From Flaccisagitta enflata (taxonomy: Eukaryota), in assembly GCA_965153355.1 (NCBI GenBank), contig OZ231126.1, positions 10,292,001 through 10,356,000 of the forward strand: a stretch of 64,000 nucleotides of DNA, read 5' to 3'. The position numbers and the translations under genes are program-made. The notes below the pieces were generated by a model. The model had not been told where the DNA came from, made no database searches, and saw only the letters and a program-made list of their open reading frames with translations. Position 1 is the first letter of the stretch, and each line of letters starts with the position of its first letter. Shown here piece by piece: positions 1 through 16,411 of this stretch.

Positions 1-1397
1 GTTTGATATGTCACAACATATGTTTTTATATGAAAATAAAAATTGTCATCAATGTTTAATTTAGTTATAATACAATGTTAAAGAAATATTTCATAAAAAA
101 AGTGTTAAGTGTGACATGTCAGACTTCTCAGAATTTCATCAGATTATAAATATGCTAGTCACATTCTATTCTATTTAGGTCAGATTTTTGCCAAATTTAT
201 ACCATAACAGCCGGTTGTAGTTTTTACAACCAGTGGTTGTTTACAGCATTCTGTTGAAAAACAGTAGGTTGGATCAAAGCCAACAGAGTGAGCTCTCTAC
301 CTATTTTGTTTTGTCCACTGACTGCTTAGTTATCACCAGAAAGAAGATTACGGCTTGTTAGCAAAGTGGTTTGGAAAAGGGGTGAGGTGGGGAAGGGGGG
401 GGAGTATTTGTGGAGTGTTTATGTGGGGAGAGGGGGGGGGGAAGGGGGGGGGCGAATACCAGGATAGGGTGAAGTCCTTAAGGAAAAGTAGTTGGGGAAA
501 GAGTTGAGGATAGCAAGGGTAAGTCAAGTGGTAGGGAAATTCAGCGGGGGTTGAGATAATGATGGGGGGTACTGGGTGAATGCGCAATTATATACATAAG
601 TCAGAAGCTACATCAAACCCCACTTGATTTGTATTTTTCTTTACGAACAACTGATGACGAGGGTCACGAGGTACGTACAGAGCGTTGAAAGATCACGATT
701 AGTACAGCTGTCATTCGTTTGTCCATTTAAGAAAAACGGGTTATCATTGATCAAAGCTCACAACACCGCGTCAGAAACAATACACAATCAAAGAAAACTA
801 GAAAAAACGTGAACCTCGTTTGTTCATCACTCGTTCATCGTTCGTTTATGCATGTCAAGACTCATCACTCTTGACTCAAGAGTGATGAGATCAAAGAATT
901 CTCCGCGTCAAGAAAGAAGGAACAAGGCCGTACATATTTGGTAAGCACTAGTGTTTTGGGTTAGACTCAGAATGTATGTTTGCTAAGTTAGTTTTGCTAA
1001 ATGGAAAACTAGGAGTGATGCGCGTAGTAACTAGTCAGTGAGGGCTCACAAGGCCCTCTTCCATATTTTTCAGTTTGGGTATAGTGAGGGATATTGTTCC
1101 ACCTTTCATACATAGCAGTAACAAGGCCAGATGCACGACCAATAAGCAGCCACTTGCGGTTAGGTAGGGGTTTCAATGCCCAGAAATCATTTTTTCGGCC
1201 AATTTCGCACCGTCCAAATGTTCGCGAATTATTTACCGACGGACCAACCTATGGACTGACCATGCTACAGATTCGTTTCGCATGCGACTAAAGCTGAAGG
1301 GCACACTTAGATACATAATTCTTAGTCGGTTGGGAGGTGGGTTGGGAGGTCTGTAATGAATAATACTGTTGATTCCTAGACAAATGAAAAAAAAAAA

Positions 1398-1640
1398 GGA
1401 ATGTTACATAAACACATCCTATTGAAACACCCAAACTAAGTACGAAGGAATGTTACATAAACACGTCCTATTGAAACACCCAAACTAAGTACGAAGGAAT
1501 GTTACATAAACACGTCCTATTGAAACACCCAAACTAAGTACGAAGGAATGTTACATAAACATGTACTATTGAAACACCCAAACTAAGTACGAAGGAATGT
1601 TACATAAACACATCCTATTGAAACACCCAAACAAAGTATA
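1398..1640. repeat. Tandem repeat, 49-bp unit x5 (GGAATGTTACATAAACACRTCCTATTGAAACACCCAAACTAAGTACGAA)
   Basis: Near-identical units start at 1398, 1447, 1496, 1545 and 1594, with no spacers. Confidence 0.95.
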
Positions 1641-1783
1641 CATGGCGGTTACGATGTTGATCTATGAGTCACAATTGGCTTCGAGGGCAGATCTGGGATT
1701 TCGGATCCAGCCCAAAAGCCTTACAGGCTTTCTGCATCACAACAACAACTAAAATTTATACTTTGAAATATTTAACATATATT

Positions 1784-1970
1784 TAACAACAACACCGACG
1801 AGAACGATTCCAACACCACCGCCGCCACCACCACCACCACCACGACCACGACCACCACCACGACCACCACCACCGCCACCGCCGCCACCACCACCGTCAC
1901 CGCCAACACCAACGCCAACAACAACGCCAACAACAACGCCAACAACAACGCCAACAACAACGCCAACGCC

Positions 1971-2020
<50 letters not shown>

Positions 2021-2022
2021 CT

Positions 2023-2107
<85 letters not shown>

Positions 2108-2186
2108 CGACGACGACGACGACGACGACGACGAAAAGAAATTGCGGCAGAGAATGCGGATGTAGACAAAAGTGAAAGAGGGAACG

Positions 2187-2240
<54 letters not shown>
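1784..2240. repeat. Compound microsatellite (CAC/AAC/GAC)n followed by (GT)n
   Basis: Directly visible. Confidence 0.95.
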
Positions 2241-2242
<2 letters not shown>

Positions 2243-3125
2243 CGAGGAAATTATCGCGTGTGTATAAATACAAGGCCGGGTGTAGAGTCGCGTGTCCGCG
2301 ACTAATAATTATGAATATGTTTTGAATTGAAAAACGTTGTGATCATCAAGTGACCACTTTGATTACGAATTGTGATTGTAACAAAGTGACTATGAATCCG
2401 TCTTGTTTTCCATCACCCATATCACCGAAATCGAATAAATGGACTTACCAACTGATTTTTTTTTGCACGATTCATTGATTCGCGTATCCGGGAAAACGAT
2501 CATCATCTGAATGATCTGACCGCATCCTCATGTCTCTTGACCATATCGACCAGATTGTCGATTGATGGTCATGTGATGGCATTTGAGTCACTCAGACCGA
2601 GCGCGATTGGCCTTCTTTTCTGATTTAATCCTCGTATTAACTACATAAACCCCATCACGAACACCCTATTGAGTCATCTGTTTATTAAAAAGGTTTGATC
2701 ATTGTACCGACGAATCATGCTGTTGGAAAGAAGTTGAAGTTCGAAGTTCTTCAACTTTTTGAGACCTGCGAAGTAATTTAGATTTTTTTTTGTATGTGTC
2801 TTTCGAGGGAGTTGAAACAAACCAACGCATGAAATGAATAGCTAAAAAAAAGAGTTGATTGGTTTCTTCCAAATGGCGCCAAGCAGAATGCTCTGCAATC
2901 AATAGTTGTTTTGTTATGATTCTTTAATTTTCTTTTGCATTATTCACATTTTTTTCTAAAGATCAGTATTTTTCATTGATCCTTATTTCAGGCTCTGTGT
3001 CACAAATAGGAAAACAACATGTTACGAACATTATTGCTAACTTTAACGATGCTAGCTTTCAAGTTATTTGCATTTTACCCTACTTGCTCACGGTTTTCGA
3101 TGATGAACAAGTGCAAGTGCAAGTG

Positions 3126-3167
<42 letters not shown>

Positions 3168-3316
3168 CTCTCTCTTTCTCTCAGCATTTACGACTTTTTT
3201 CCTAGAGCGATTAGTCGCCTTTATTGGTTAATACTGTGAATACTGTTAATAGCTGTGAATGTGGATCATTTAAGCGGGGGATGATAGTGTTTTAAACTTA
3301 GTGAAGAACTGTAAAA

Positions 3317-3479
3317 AACAAGGCCGGATACACGGCAATCCAGTCGCGGACGGTTGGGCAGGAGCAGTAATGCGAAAACCGCTCGAAATTCAAAAATGTG
3401 ACGGACCTACCGACCTACCGACCGACCGACCGACCGACCGACATGGCAAGGTGTAGAGTCGCGTGTCCGCGACTAAAAA
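3317..3479 (+). mobile_element. Short DINE-1/HINE-like (Helentron-associated) non-autonomous element
   Basis: AACAAGGCC start, (CCGA)n microsatellite and terminal hairpin AGTCGCGTGTCCGCGACT followed by an A-run. Near-identical copy at 23849-24008. Family assignment is inferred from architecture. Confidence 0.7.
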
Positions 3480-3594
3480 GAGAGGGGGCACGGGGCCGGG
3501 AGAGGAGGGGGGGATGAATTATAATTCATCATTGATGATGAAATGGTCTCTTCTCTCAATCTCGGAAATGAAATGATATTTCAAGAATGTCAGA

Positions 3595-5337
3595 AAACAA
3601 GGCCAACACCTATAAGTCGCGTGCGAGACTTACTTACATAATCGCCTAATTATTTAAGTACGTTATTTCCTGTAATGATGATAATGACTATAATTACCTA
3701 TTGATCTATAATTGCCTATAATGACCTATGATTACCTATAATTACCTATGATTACCTATAATTACCCATAATCAAATAATGACCTATAAGTACCTATAAA
3801 GACCTGTGATTACCCATAATTACATATGGACCAATAATTACCTATAATGAGGTATGATTACCCAAAATTACCCACAATTACCTATAATAACATGATGATC
3901 TATAATTACCTATAATTACCTATAATGACCTATGATTACCTATAATTACCTATAATTACCCATCATTAAATAATGACCTATAAGTACCTATAAAGACCTA
4001 TGATTACCTATAATTACAAATGGACCAATAATTACCTATTATGACCGATGATTACCCATAACTACCTTCAATAACATACTGACCTTTAATGACCTATGAT
4101 TACCTATAATTAACTGTAATTGCATAATGACCTATAATTACCTATAATTACCTATGATTAGCTATAATTACCTAAAATTGAATATTGACCTATAATTACC
4201 TATACTTGTCTATTTACATATAATTACCTATAATGACCTATGATTACCTATAATTACCTATTATTACATAAGGACCTATAATTACCTTTAATGACCTTTG
4301 ATTACCTATGATTACCCATAATTTCATAATGACCTATGATTACCTATAACTATCTAAAATGATGACCTATGATTACCTATTATTACATAATGGCCTATAA
4401 TTACCTATAATGGTCTATAATTACCTTTAATTACCTATGATTATCTATTATTACATAATGACCTATAATTACCAATAATGACCTATAATGACCTATAATG
4501 ACCTTATAATGACCTATAATTATATAATGACCTGTAATTACCTGTAATTACCTATAATTACTTATAATCACCTATAATTACCTATAATTACCTATGATTA
4601 CATACTGACCTATGATTACCAATAATGACCTATAATTGCATAATAACCTATAATTACCTATAATGACCTATAATTACCTATAATTACATAATGACCTATA
4701 ATTACCTATAATTACCAACAATGACCTATGATTACCTATAATGACCTATATTACCTGTACTTGCATAGTAACCTTTAATGACCTATAATTACCTATGATT
4801 ACCCAAAATTGCATAATGACCTATAATTACCTATAATTATGCAAATAAAAAGTGAAATGACTATGTTGACTGAAATGACTGAAATGACTGAGAATGACTT
4901 AGAATGACTAAAAATGACTAAAAATGATGTATAATGACTTATAATGACATAAAATGACTTAGAATGACTTAAAATGACTTAAAATTATGAAAAGGATTAT
5001 ATTGACTAAAATGACAATAATGACTTAAAATGACTTGGAATGACTTAAAGTGCCTTAAAATCACTTGAAATGACTTAAAATCACTTGAAATGACTTAATA
5101 TAACTTTAAATGACTTAGAATGACTTAAAATGATGAAAAGGACTATATTGACTAAAATGACAATAATGACTTAAAATGACTTAGAATGACTTAGAATTAC
5201 TTAGAATGACTTAAAATGACTTAGAATGACTTAGAATAACTAAAAATGACTTAAAGAAATAAAATTTATAAAAAAAGTAAAGTGTGACCGACCGACGGAC
5301 AAAGCGGGTTGTAGAGTCGCGTGCACGCGACTAAAAA
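3595..5337 (+). mobile_element. Long DINE-1/HINE-like element with internal satellite arrays (ACCTATAATT)n and (AAATGACTT)n
   Basis: Starts AACAAGGCCAACACCTATAAGTCGCGTGC and ends (CCGA)n...GTCGCGTGCACGCGACTAAAAA. Contains ~1.5 kb of ~10-bp repeats. Confidence 0.7.
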
Positions 5338-5430
5338 CCTTAAAATTCCATATTTTGTAATTTACCTGCTCACACAGGAGGGGCTGTATTTATTTTCTTT
5401 CTCGTTTTCTTTCTTTTTAACTCTCTTATT

Positions 5431-5483
<53 letters not shown>

Positions 5484-5485
5484 TT

Positions 5486-5535
<50 letters not shown>

Positions 5536-6288
5536 ATTCCCGGGATATGTATAATGTTGACACATCGGGCCCTCGTCTGTCTGCCTTCTAATTCTCGGGA
5601 TTTTGACGATGTAGAAAAATGTATTCACACGTGACTGCAAAAACGAAAACCAATTTAAAAAGCAATAACTTGAGCAAATAAAAATCTTTTCATTTTTTTT
5701 GAACGGACCGAAATAAGGAAAGAAGAAGAGAAAAAGAAGAGGACAGTAAAGGAAAGAGAGATAGGAAGAGAAAGGGTGAGCCAAGGCGGTTTTAGGGTCA
5801 CTAAGTTACCACATACCCACTTTATAATTGACTTTATTGACTTTATTGACGTTGTTGACGGCGAAGAAAGAAACTAGAAATGGAAAGAAAGCAGTTAGAA
5901 AGAGAAAGAAAGCAGTTAGAAAGAGAAAATAAAGAACTACTTAAAAGTAAGCAGATTGCTGAGTTAAAGGCACCAATGATTGATTGCTTCCAATCGCCAT
6001 TCTATTTTTCAAATCAATACGAACTATGTTTATAAAAAACACTGAATTGCACCACTTGTATTCTACATTCCGCCATCGTTATCTATTGATTGACTTACCA
6101 TTTACCTGCCGGTTCTCTCCTTTGTGATAAAGATATTACACGGCTCTCAGGATATGTTATCTCATTATTACCCTCATTATTACCTCACATATCATCACTT
6201 TTCCCAGACTGTTTTCCAACGATATCTCTCTCCACCTGATTAGCACTCTCAATCACCTTCCTCCGCTCAACAAGTTTATTAGGAAAGA

Positions 6289-6943
6289 AACAAGGCCAAA
6301 TAGGCCAACGATGCGTCCTCTTTGAATGAATGTTTTTAATGAATGAATGTTTTGTTATGAATGAATGTCATTTGTGAATGAATAGATGATTTGATGAATT
6401 ACTTGATATATGCTTCTTTTACTGGGTTAGAACCACTTTTCTGATGAAAAAATACGTGATTTGGATGTTTTTAATGGATGTGTTACCAACCAACCAATCA
6501 ACCAAACAACCGACCAACCGACCAACTGACCGACCAACGGACACAGCCTACTATAGAGATGCGAGGACGCATCTAAAAACAAGGCCAAGTAGGCCAATAT
6601 AGTGCGATGTGTCGATCGTCAAACGAATGCGTTACCCGACGGACCAACAGACTGACCAATGGACACAGTCAATCATAGAGGTGCTTTGTCGCACCTAAAA
6701 ACAGGTGATCCGGGGTCACAATATCGTTACAGACGGGTGGGCAGGGGCAGCCAACCCTCATCCACACCAAACACCTCACCCAACCCCCCTTCCAACATGG
6801 ACACATACACAAAAAACATCTGAAATGATCGTTTTCCCACTTTTCGACTCGTGTTCATGGACCGACGGACCAACAGACCAATGGAGCGACGGACCAACAG
6901 ACAGACAAAGCCTCTTATAGAGTTGCGTATGCGCAACTAAAAA
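6289..6943 (+). mobile_element. Three head-to-tail DINE-1/HINE-like elements of different subfamilies
   Basis: Units at ~6289-6578, 6578-6700 and 6700-6943. Each runs from AACA(A)GG through a CCGA-like tract to a hairpin plus CTAAAA, and each A-tail is shared with the next head. Confidence 0.6.
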
Positions 6944-7102
6944 TGGCAATGATCATTAAGTTTGATGGGTGAACGAGTCTACGGATTTTGGATGTTCCTA
7001 GCCGCTGACCAAAAAAGAAATGAAGAAAAGTAATCCTGTCCAAAGAGAATAATAGAAAAAGAGAGAAAAAATGGGATCCCCAAAAATGTAGTTGACAAGT
7101 GT

Positions 7103-8106
<1,004 letters not shown>

Positions 8107-9679
8107 CTCGAGCAGGAACACGTATAGAGTATAGCCATTAGCCAAACAGCGTATATATTGACATCATCCACGACATACCTATGACAGATTACATCATCAA
8201 TGACAGATAGATGACAAATGACACATCATCTATCACAGGTTGGTCTTCGAGTCTTTAGGGGCGGACAAAAAAAGGACCGAATTGACGTCAGTGCCAGTTG
8301 ATTAAAACGAATTACTTAAGACAGAAAATTTATCAAGAAAAATGAAGTGTTTCACCATACTTTTTGCATTATTATCAGGACAATAATGAAGCTGGAATGC
8401 TTTAAGTGGACAAATTGTCTCTAAGGACACTTGGTGCATACATTTTTATCATATTTTGACTTAAAATGTAATTTGAACTATGCGTTTCACATGAAAATAA
8501 GCATGAAAATGATGTTTTTTAGTGAATTTCTGCTTACACTTTTTTTCATTTTCTGAGGTCGAAATTCTAAGAAAGCCAAACACAGGGAAATTTTGCATTT
8601 TAAAAAACATAGTTCTCTCTGTAATCGATTTGGGAAGAGAACTATGTTCTTTGTTTTTTCATTTTTTCATTTCCTATGCAAATTTAGAATTTCGACCAGC
8701 CCCTTGTCAGTGACCAAAAATAAAATAAGTATAAATTTTCAAAACAATTTTTTTGGTAATATCGGCTTAACTTGGTCCTCTTGCTAAGTAAATGCAAATT
8801 TTTCTTTTAAATATGATGTCTGAGCTATCTCAATCACTTTTATTCATTTATTTTTACATTTCAATTTATACATTTTTTCTATTTTGACCTTCTTTGAAAC
8901 ACAAATGTTGCCTTCGGAGGGAAGCCGTCTTAAGAAATACCCTCAAGGAAAAACTACCCCTAAACTCGAATTTCCCCTAAACAGGAATGTCCCCCCTAAA
9001 CCTTGGTTAGATAAAAGCAACGATGATGGGGGAGAAAGGGAATAGGTACATCGGCTCTGGTCGGTCAGTCGATCAGTTCATTGGTTGGTCGGTTGGTCAT
9101 TTTCTTGGTCATTAAGAACAGTCTGGGCTTAAAGTGGTATTTTGGCTAGTAGGTCGATAGGTCGGCCGGTATGGTCAGTGGTCGGTCAGGTATCATCAGT
9201 TTTTAGTCGCGGACTCGTGACTCTACAAAAGGCTACATTGGTCCGTCCATTGCTCTGCAGGCTGTATCGCATGAGTAAAAAAAGTGAAAAAACACACATT
9301 AAAGATGATGCAGTTGTGACTGTGTGTTACCGTGCGAGTTGTCATCCCTGCCCCCCGTTCACGACGATATTGTGACCCCGTGTTACTTGTTACCTGATGT
9401 ACAAAATACCTAGTTCATTCTTTTTTCACTGGGGGTAGAAACAGTGCGGCCAATGAGGGAAATAAACAAACGAGGGGAGGGGGGGGGTTAGGGAGTTATC
9501 GACATCTCTGTTTAAAGTCTAATGACCATTCCCTCACGACTAAAAACTGGGTTGAAGAGGATGACCACCATTCCTTCGCCACTAACAAGAAGATGTCCAC
9601 TGTAATTTCATTCCTTCATTGTACTGGAGATTAATGAGGGAATAAGAACGTGTGCGAGAGCCACTAATAGCCACTGTGC

Positions 9680-9778
<99 letters not shown>

Positions 9779-10017
9779 AAGGAAGAACCATGAGATGTCA
9801 CATGCAACAGACATAGACACAGAGACTAACAGACAGACAGACAGAAGGCCAGGGACCAAAATAGAATCAGACAAACCGAAACGTACTGACAGACTGACAA
9901 ACATTGAGACAGACCAAAACAAAAACAGACAGAGAAAGCATTCCAGTAGGTAAAGGGGCTTAAGGCCAAGGGAGTGTCAAGCAAATGATTGATCGTTTCA
10001 GATTCTGAAGGCTATCA

Positions 10018-10075
<58 letters not shown>

Positions 10076-10416
10076 CACTAGAATGAGAGAAAGAAGAATT
10101 AGAAATAAAAGGGGAATCCTTCTGTGGGCCAAGTATAGGATCCGTTCATTTCTGAACCGGTTCAGCGGGATAACAAACATGAACAGTACATGAACCGAGC
10201 TATTATGAACAGAACAAACATGAGCGGAACAAACATAAATAGAACAAACATGAAGGGAACAGACATGAACAGAACGGGCATGAACACAACAAACAAAAAA
10301 CATGAACAGAGCAAAGAAAATAGTACAAACGACACAAACAGAACCAACATGGACAGAGCATCGCTTGATAGTTATGTTTAGGAGAGAAAAACTGCTTTTA
10401 GGGGGACATATGAAAG

Positions 10417-10531
<115 letters not shown>

Positions 10532-11041
10532 AACCGTCTCTTGCGAATCAAATGTATATATTTGGAACAATTACTGTTAGGCGTGCTGCGGCCAAAGAAC
10601 CATGTTAGTACGCAACTGCCTACTCCCTGGTGATTCGAAACGTGAACGTGCAGTGTAGTATAGTGCAGCAGTTGTGTGTCTACTACGTCCCATGAAGCGC
10701 CCCAAACTTCGACACTGACTCTCTATGGTTAAGGCTTGGTAAAATAATATCCCATGCAAAATTTCAGGCCTCTGGAATTGCAGGAACCTTTGTTAGGGTG
10801 ACCATGAAGTTTCCATAGAAATCTACGGTAGAGACAAAATTTGCATAATAGAAATATTGATTCCAATGCTAATTCAATACAAACTTCAACCTCACCTTAA
10901 CAAAGGTGCTATCTGCTATCTACTATCTCAGAGGCCCAAAATTCTGCATAAAATACTTTTTTTACCAAACTTCAACTGTGGTAAGATTGGTGAGAGCCAT
11001 AGTCGAAGTTTGGGGCGCTTTACGTGACGTAGTGTCAACAC

Positions 11042-11245
11042 TTTTTAGTCGCGTGCTATGCGACTCTTCACCCCGCCATGTCGGTCGGTCGGTCGGTCGG
11101 TCAATTGGTCGGTCCCCTATTAACTTTTTTGGCGTTTTTGAGCTTTTTGAGCATATGGCTCCTGCCCAGGTGCCCAAGTAACCTTATCCAGCACTGCTCC
11201 TGCCCACCCGCACGCGACAAGAGTAGCCGTGTATCCGGCCTAGTT
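11042..11245 (-). mobile_element. DINE-1/HINE-like element, inverted copy
   Basis: TTTTTAGTCGCGTGCTATGCGACT...(GTCG)n...CCGTGTATCCGGCCTAGTT is the reverse complement of the family layout. Confidence 0.65.
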
Positions 11246-11881
11246 TTAATCCTTTTAATAAGAACATCTTTTTTTTTGGTCGAAGCCTTCATTATCATAG
11301 AGATAGCTACTTAAGAAAGGTAAACATGTTCTTAATTTTTGAACGAGTGGCGCTCTTTATTGTTAAACCTATCCCCAGGTCTTTGCCTCTAGCCCTATCT
11401 CGATCTCTTTGACTATGAGACATGTCCTAAGCTCCACCAGACCTTGTCAAAGCTGAATGTGATGACTAGAATGATGAGGAACATGAATGATGAACAAGAT
11501 GAGTTTTCAAGCGATTTAATACATTTTCTGCGTATTTTCATTGGAGCATAACCGACCGACCGACCGACCGAACGCCCGACTGATCGACCGACCGACTGAC
11601 CGACCGACCGACCAACCGAGAGACTGAGCCTTTTACAGAGGCACGTTGGCACACATATAGACAGTAAAAGCAAGTGCGGAAAGAACAAGAATGAAAGAAA
11701 TAAGGAAAGATATTTTTAAAAAAGATGAAAAAAGAGAAAGAAGAAGGAAATGATGAAATGAAAGAAGGAAGAAAGAATCAAAGACTAGAGAGCGTTTTTT
11801 TCCTAAAGCGATCTCATCTTTTCTTTGTTCTATTCTTATCTCTCTATCGGATCTCTTTCTTTCGGTTCCTGTTCCCGATGG

Positions 11882-12459
<578 letters not shown>

Positions 12460-12841
12460 GAGAAACAACAACAGATAAGTGACTAGACCGTATAAACTCA
12501 AATCTTAATCAGTGTTAAAAGTTTAAAACAAGGCCATATCAAGACTATTAAAATGATTGACAATTACAAAACAACTTTCAGACAAACAATGAGTAAACAA
12601 CAGCAAAACATCTATTAAAATATCACAATTACTTGCACTGCTACAAGAAGAACAATAGGAAGGGGACCGCGATTAATAGCCGCAAAACCAACCGGCAGAA
12701 AATACTCACCTTAACAGCCAAATATTATCACCCAAACACTTTCCCACCGACCCAGCCAGATACATTCGCTTACCCACCCAGCCAAATACATTCACCCACC
12801 CAGACAAACACGGTCATGTCACCCACCACTCTCCTCCCAAT

Positions 12842-13404
12842 GTGAGTCCAGGTCAAAAGTCACAGTACAATGGGTTTTTTTTTTCAGTTTCTCATTGTTT
12901 TAGGGTTGATTGAACTTAATTTATCACTGATGAAATTTTGTCAGGGGCACTTATATTTGAAAAAAAAAAAGAAAATCTTTAGCCTTATTTTGAATATCTA
13001 TTTTTCTAACTTATCCATGCCTCTTTTTTGTTAGCGAATATAGAATCCTGATAATATTTCCTTTCATTTGATATGTCATGCTATATACTTTCTCAAAGGA
13101 TTATGATTTTCAATTTTTTGGCCACTGTTGCAAAATAAAGCTTCATAAAGCCAAACAGTGCGACCTATCAAATAAAAGGAAATAACATCAGGATTACGAA
13201 TTTGCTATCAAAAAAGAGGTCTGGATGAGTTAAAAAAAGTCTAAATTCAAAATGAGGCTAAAATTGTCCCTTTTTACATATTTTTCAAAAAGCGCCCTTG
13301 ACAAGATTTCATAACTGTTAGTTTTATTTAGTTCAAGTAACCCTTAAACTATGACAAACTAAAAAAAAAAACCTACTGTACTATGACTTTTCACCTGGAT
13401 TCAC
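12842..13404. mobile_element. Fold-back MITE with long imperfect inverted arms
   Basis: Left end GTGAGTCCAGGTCAAAAGTCACAGTACAATGGG matches the reverse complement of the right end (GTGAATCCAGGTGAAAAGTCATAGTACAGTAGG). Inner arms also pair (13010-13040 vs 13198-13230). Confidence 0.75.
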
Positions 13405-13636
13405 GATGAAAGGACAGTGCCACCCGTTTACTTACCCAGCTAAATTCATTCACCCACCCATATACCCACCTAAACACGCACATGGACTCACACACGCGCC
13501 TAAAACGCGCCTAAAACGCGCCAGATTCGGCGCCCTTCGATTGCACGGTGCGCCGGTACTCAATGAAATTTGATTAAAAGATGAATTTATTTTGTATTTT
13601 CATCATTTCCATCAAATACCTAGTACGAGCCTATAC

Positions 13637-13955
13637 CAGGGGTAAGGATGCGCGGGATTTTCAAAGGCGTTCGCTTTCGCGTTTTTTAGCGTCTCGCGCA
13701 TCGCGTTACGCATCGCATCCAACGTTTTTGGTTGCCAATGCGTTCGCGTTACGCGTTTTCATCGCTTCCTACACTTTTTAGGTGCGACAAAGCACCTCTA
13801 TAACTGGCTCTGTCCGTTGGTCTGTTGGTCTGTTGGTCTGTCTGTAACGCATTCGTATGACGATCAACACGTCGCACCTTATTGGCCTACTTGGCCTTGT
13901 TATTTTAGAAAGAAAGAAACAAGGAAAAAAGAAAGAAAGAAAGATGGCAAGAAAA

Positions 13956-14027
<72 letters not shown>

Positions 14028-14184
14028 AAAAGAAAGAAAGAAAGAAAAAGAGAAAGAAAGAAAGAAAGAAAAAAAGAAAGAAAAAAAAAAAGAAAGAAAG
14101 AAAAAGAGAAAGAAAATAAGAAAGAAAAAAAAAGAAAGACAGAAAGAAAGAAAGAAAGAAAGAAAGAAAAAAAGAAAGAAAGAG

Positions 14185-14263
<79 letters not shown>

Positions 14264-14280
14264 ATAAAGAGAAAGAACGA

Positions 14281-14313
<33 letters not shown>

Positions 14314-14558
14314 GAAATAAAGAGAAAGAATGAAAGAATGAAAGAAAGAAAGAAAGAATAAAGAGAAAGAAAGAAAGAAAGAAAGTAAGAAAGAAAGAAA
14401 GAACGAACGAACGAACGAACGAACGAACGAACGAACGAACGAACAAACAAACAAACAAACAAACAAACAAAAAAACAAACAAACAAACAAACAAACGAAT
14501 GAACGAACGAACGAACGAACGAACAAACGAACGAACGAACGAACGAACGAACGAACAA

Positions 14559-14598
<40 letters not shown>

Positions 14599-15016
14599 AC
14601 GAAAGAAAGAACAAAAGAAAGAAGATAAAAAGAAAAAAAGAAAAAGAGAAAAAGAGAAAAGGAGGAAAGAAAGAAAAAAGAAAAGAAATAAAGTAAGAGA
14701 GAAAGAAAGAATGAAAGAAAGAAAAAAGGTAGAAAGAAAAAAAAATCTAGGGAAGAAGCAAAGAAGGAATGAAGGAAAGAAGGAGGGAGGGAAAGAAGGA
14801 AGGAAGGAAAGATTCAATCAAGGAAAGAGGGGAAGAATAAAAGAAGGAAAGAAAGAAAGAAGATAAAAAAGAATGAATGGGGGGAAAAGAGTGAATTCAC
14901 GAAAGAAAAAAAGTGGCAAGGGGTAGCAAAATTATCATGGCAAACGACCTCCTCTCCCTCAATATAAACACACGCACACATACACGCTCACACTAACGCA
15001 TAAACACACACGCACG

Positions 15017-15090
<74 letters not shown>

Positions 15091-15455
15091 AAAAATAATC
15101 GCACACAATCACAACTGCAACATATCCTAAACCAACGAACAAAGGGATGGATGAACAAAGCCTCTACAACTTTAAAAGTATGCAACTTTAAAAAAAGGAA
15201 GAAAAATGTCAGAAGCAGAAGAATAAAGCATGTACTCATGTAGGGATATCGATTTTAAGGCTTTTAAGTTTTGAAATAGGAGGTCCAGGACCTGGCCAGG
15301 AAAAAAGGGCATGAACGCGAACGCTTTGGTGAGGATGCGCGTTCGCATCCACTCCTATATTCCAGCAGATGCGTTCGCATCCTTATCCCCGTTTTGCAAA
15401 ATTTCGCGCATCCTGTGCGTTCGCGTTCGCATCCCGGATCGCATCCTTAGCCCTG
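13637..15455. mobile_element. Non-autonomous hAT-type DNA transposon with nested HINE-like copy (~13775-13900) and microsatellites
   Basis: TIRs CAGGGGTAAGGATGCG / CGCATCCTTAGCCCTG. Exact 8-bp TSD GCCTATAC at 13629-13636 and 15456-15463. No transposase ORF. Confidence 0.85.
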
Positions 15456-15599
15456 GCCTATACACAAATAAACTCAGCCTTCCCTTAGGGAGGCACTTTT
15501 AAGAGATTAACATTTGCTTAATGTTAATATCTTGTTTGTTAGCTTTCCGCATTTCTCAGGGTTAATCAGTCATAGTCACACATTGAATTCTGTGTATTG

Positions 15600-16130
15600 G
15601 CAACACTGTCTGTTTGATCAACATATTCACTGAAATCAGCAGGTTATGAGCACTGTGTCAAATCGTGCATACCATGTCTGTTTGATCAATCTATTCACTA
15701 AAAGGTGCAGGTTCTGAGCACTGTGTCATTTCGTGCGCACTATATCTCAATTTATTTATCAAAAGCAGCAGGTTCTAAGCACCATGTCGAATTGCATGCA
15801 CCATGTCTAAATCTATTCACTAAAAGCAGCAGGTTCTGAGCAACATGTAAAATTGTGTGTCCACCATGTCTGTTTTATCGATATATTCATTAAAAGCTGC
15901 ATGTTCTGGGCACTGTGTCAAATCGCGCGCACTATATCTGAATTTATTTATTTATCAAAAGCAGCAGGTTCTGAGCACCATGTCAAATTGCATGCATCTT
16001 GACTAAATCCATTCATCAAAAGTGGCTAGTTCTGAGCACTGAGTCAAATCGCGCGCATCTTTTCTAAATCTATTCACAAAGAGTAGCTGGTTCTGAACAC
16101 TGAATCAAATCGTGCGCACCGTGTCTATTT
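15600..16130. repeat. Degenerate ~60-65-bp minisatellite (AAAAGCAGCAGGTTCTGAGCAC core), ~8 units
   Basis: Core recurs at ~60-bp spacing. Confidence 0.8.
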
Positions 16131-16315
16131 CATCCATTTGCTGGGGCCCGCATCTATCCATCAATCTATTTCCTAGTCCTGTTCCTCGAGGGTTTTAAGA
16201 ATTTCATGATGGAAGAATTTATCATCGGTTGTGCGCTATAGCCGGTTAGAAGTGCGCTATACCCGGTGGGAAGATTTAAAGAGATAGACACTGACATTAG
16301 AAGAATGAATGGGCG

Positions 16316-16411
<96 letters not shown>

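Noticed and set aside
1398-1640. Possible CRISPR array
   Set aside because: Units are contiguous with no unique spacers, there are no cas genes, and the context is eukaryotic. The same applies to the 190-bp array at 35946-36500.
8316-8933. Possible TTAA-flanked (Kolobok/piggyBac-like) element
   Set aside because: Only ~3-5 bp of inverted match beyond TTAA, which is insufficient.
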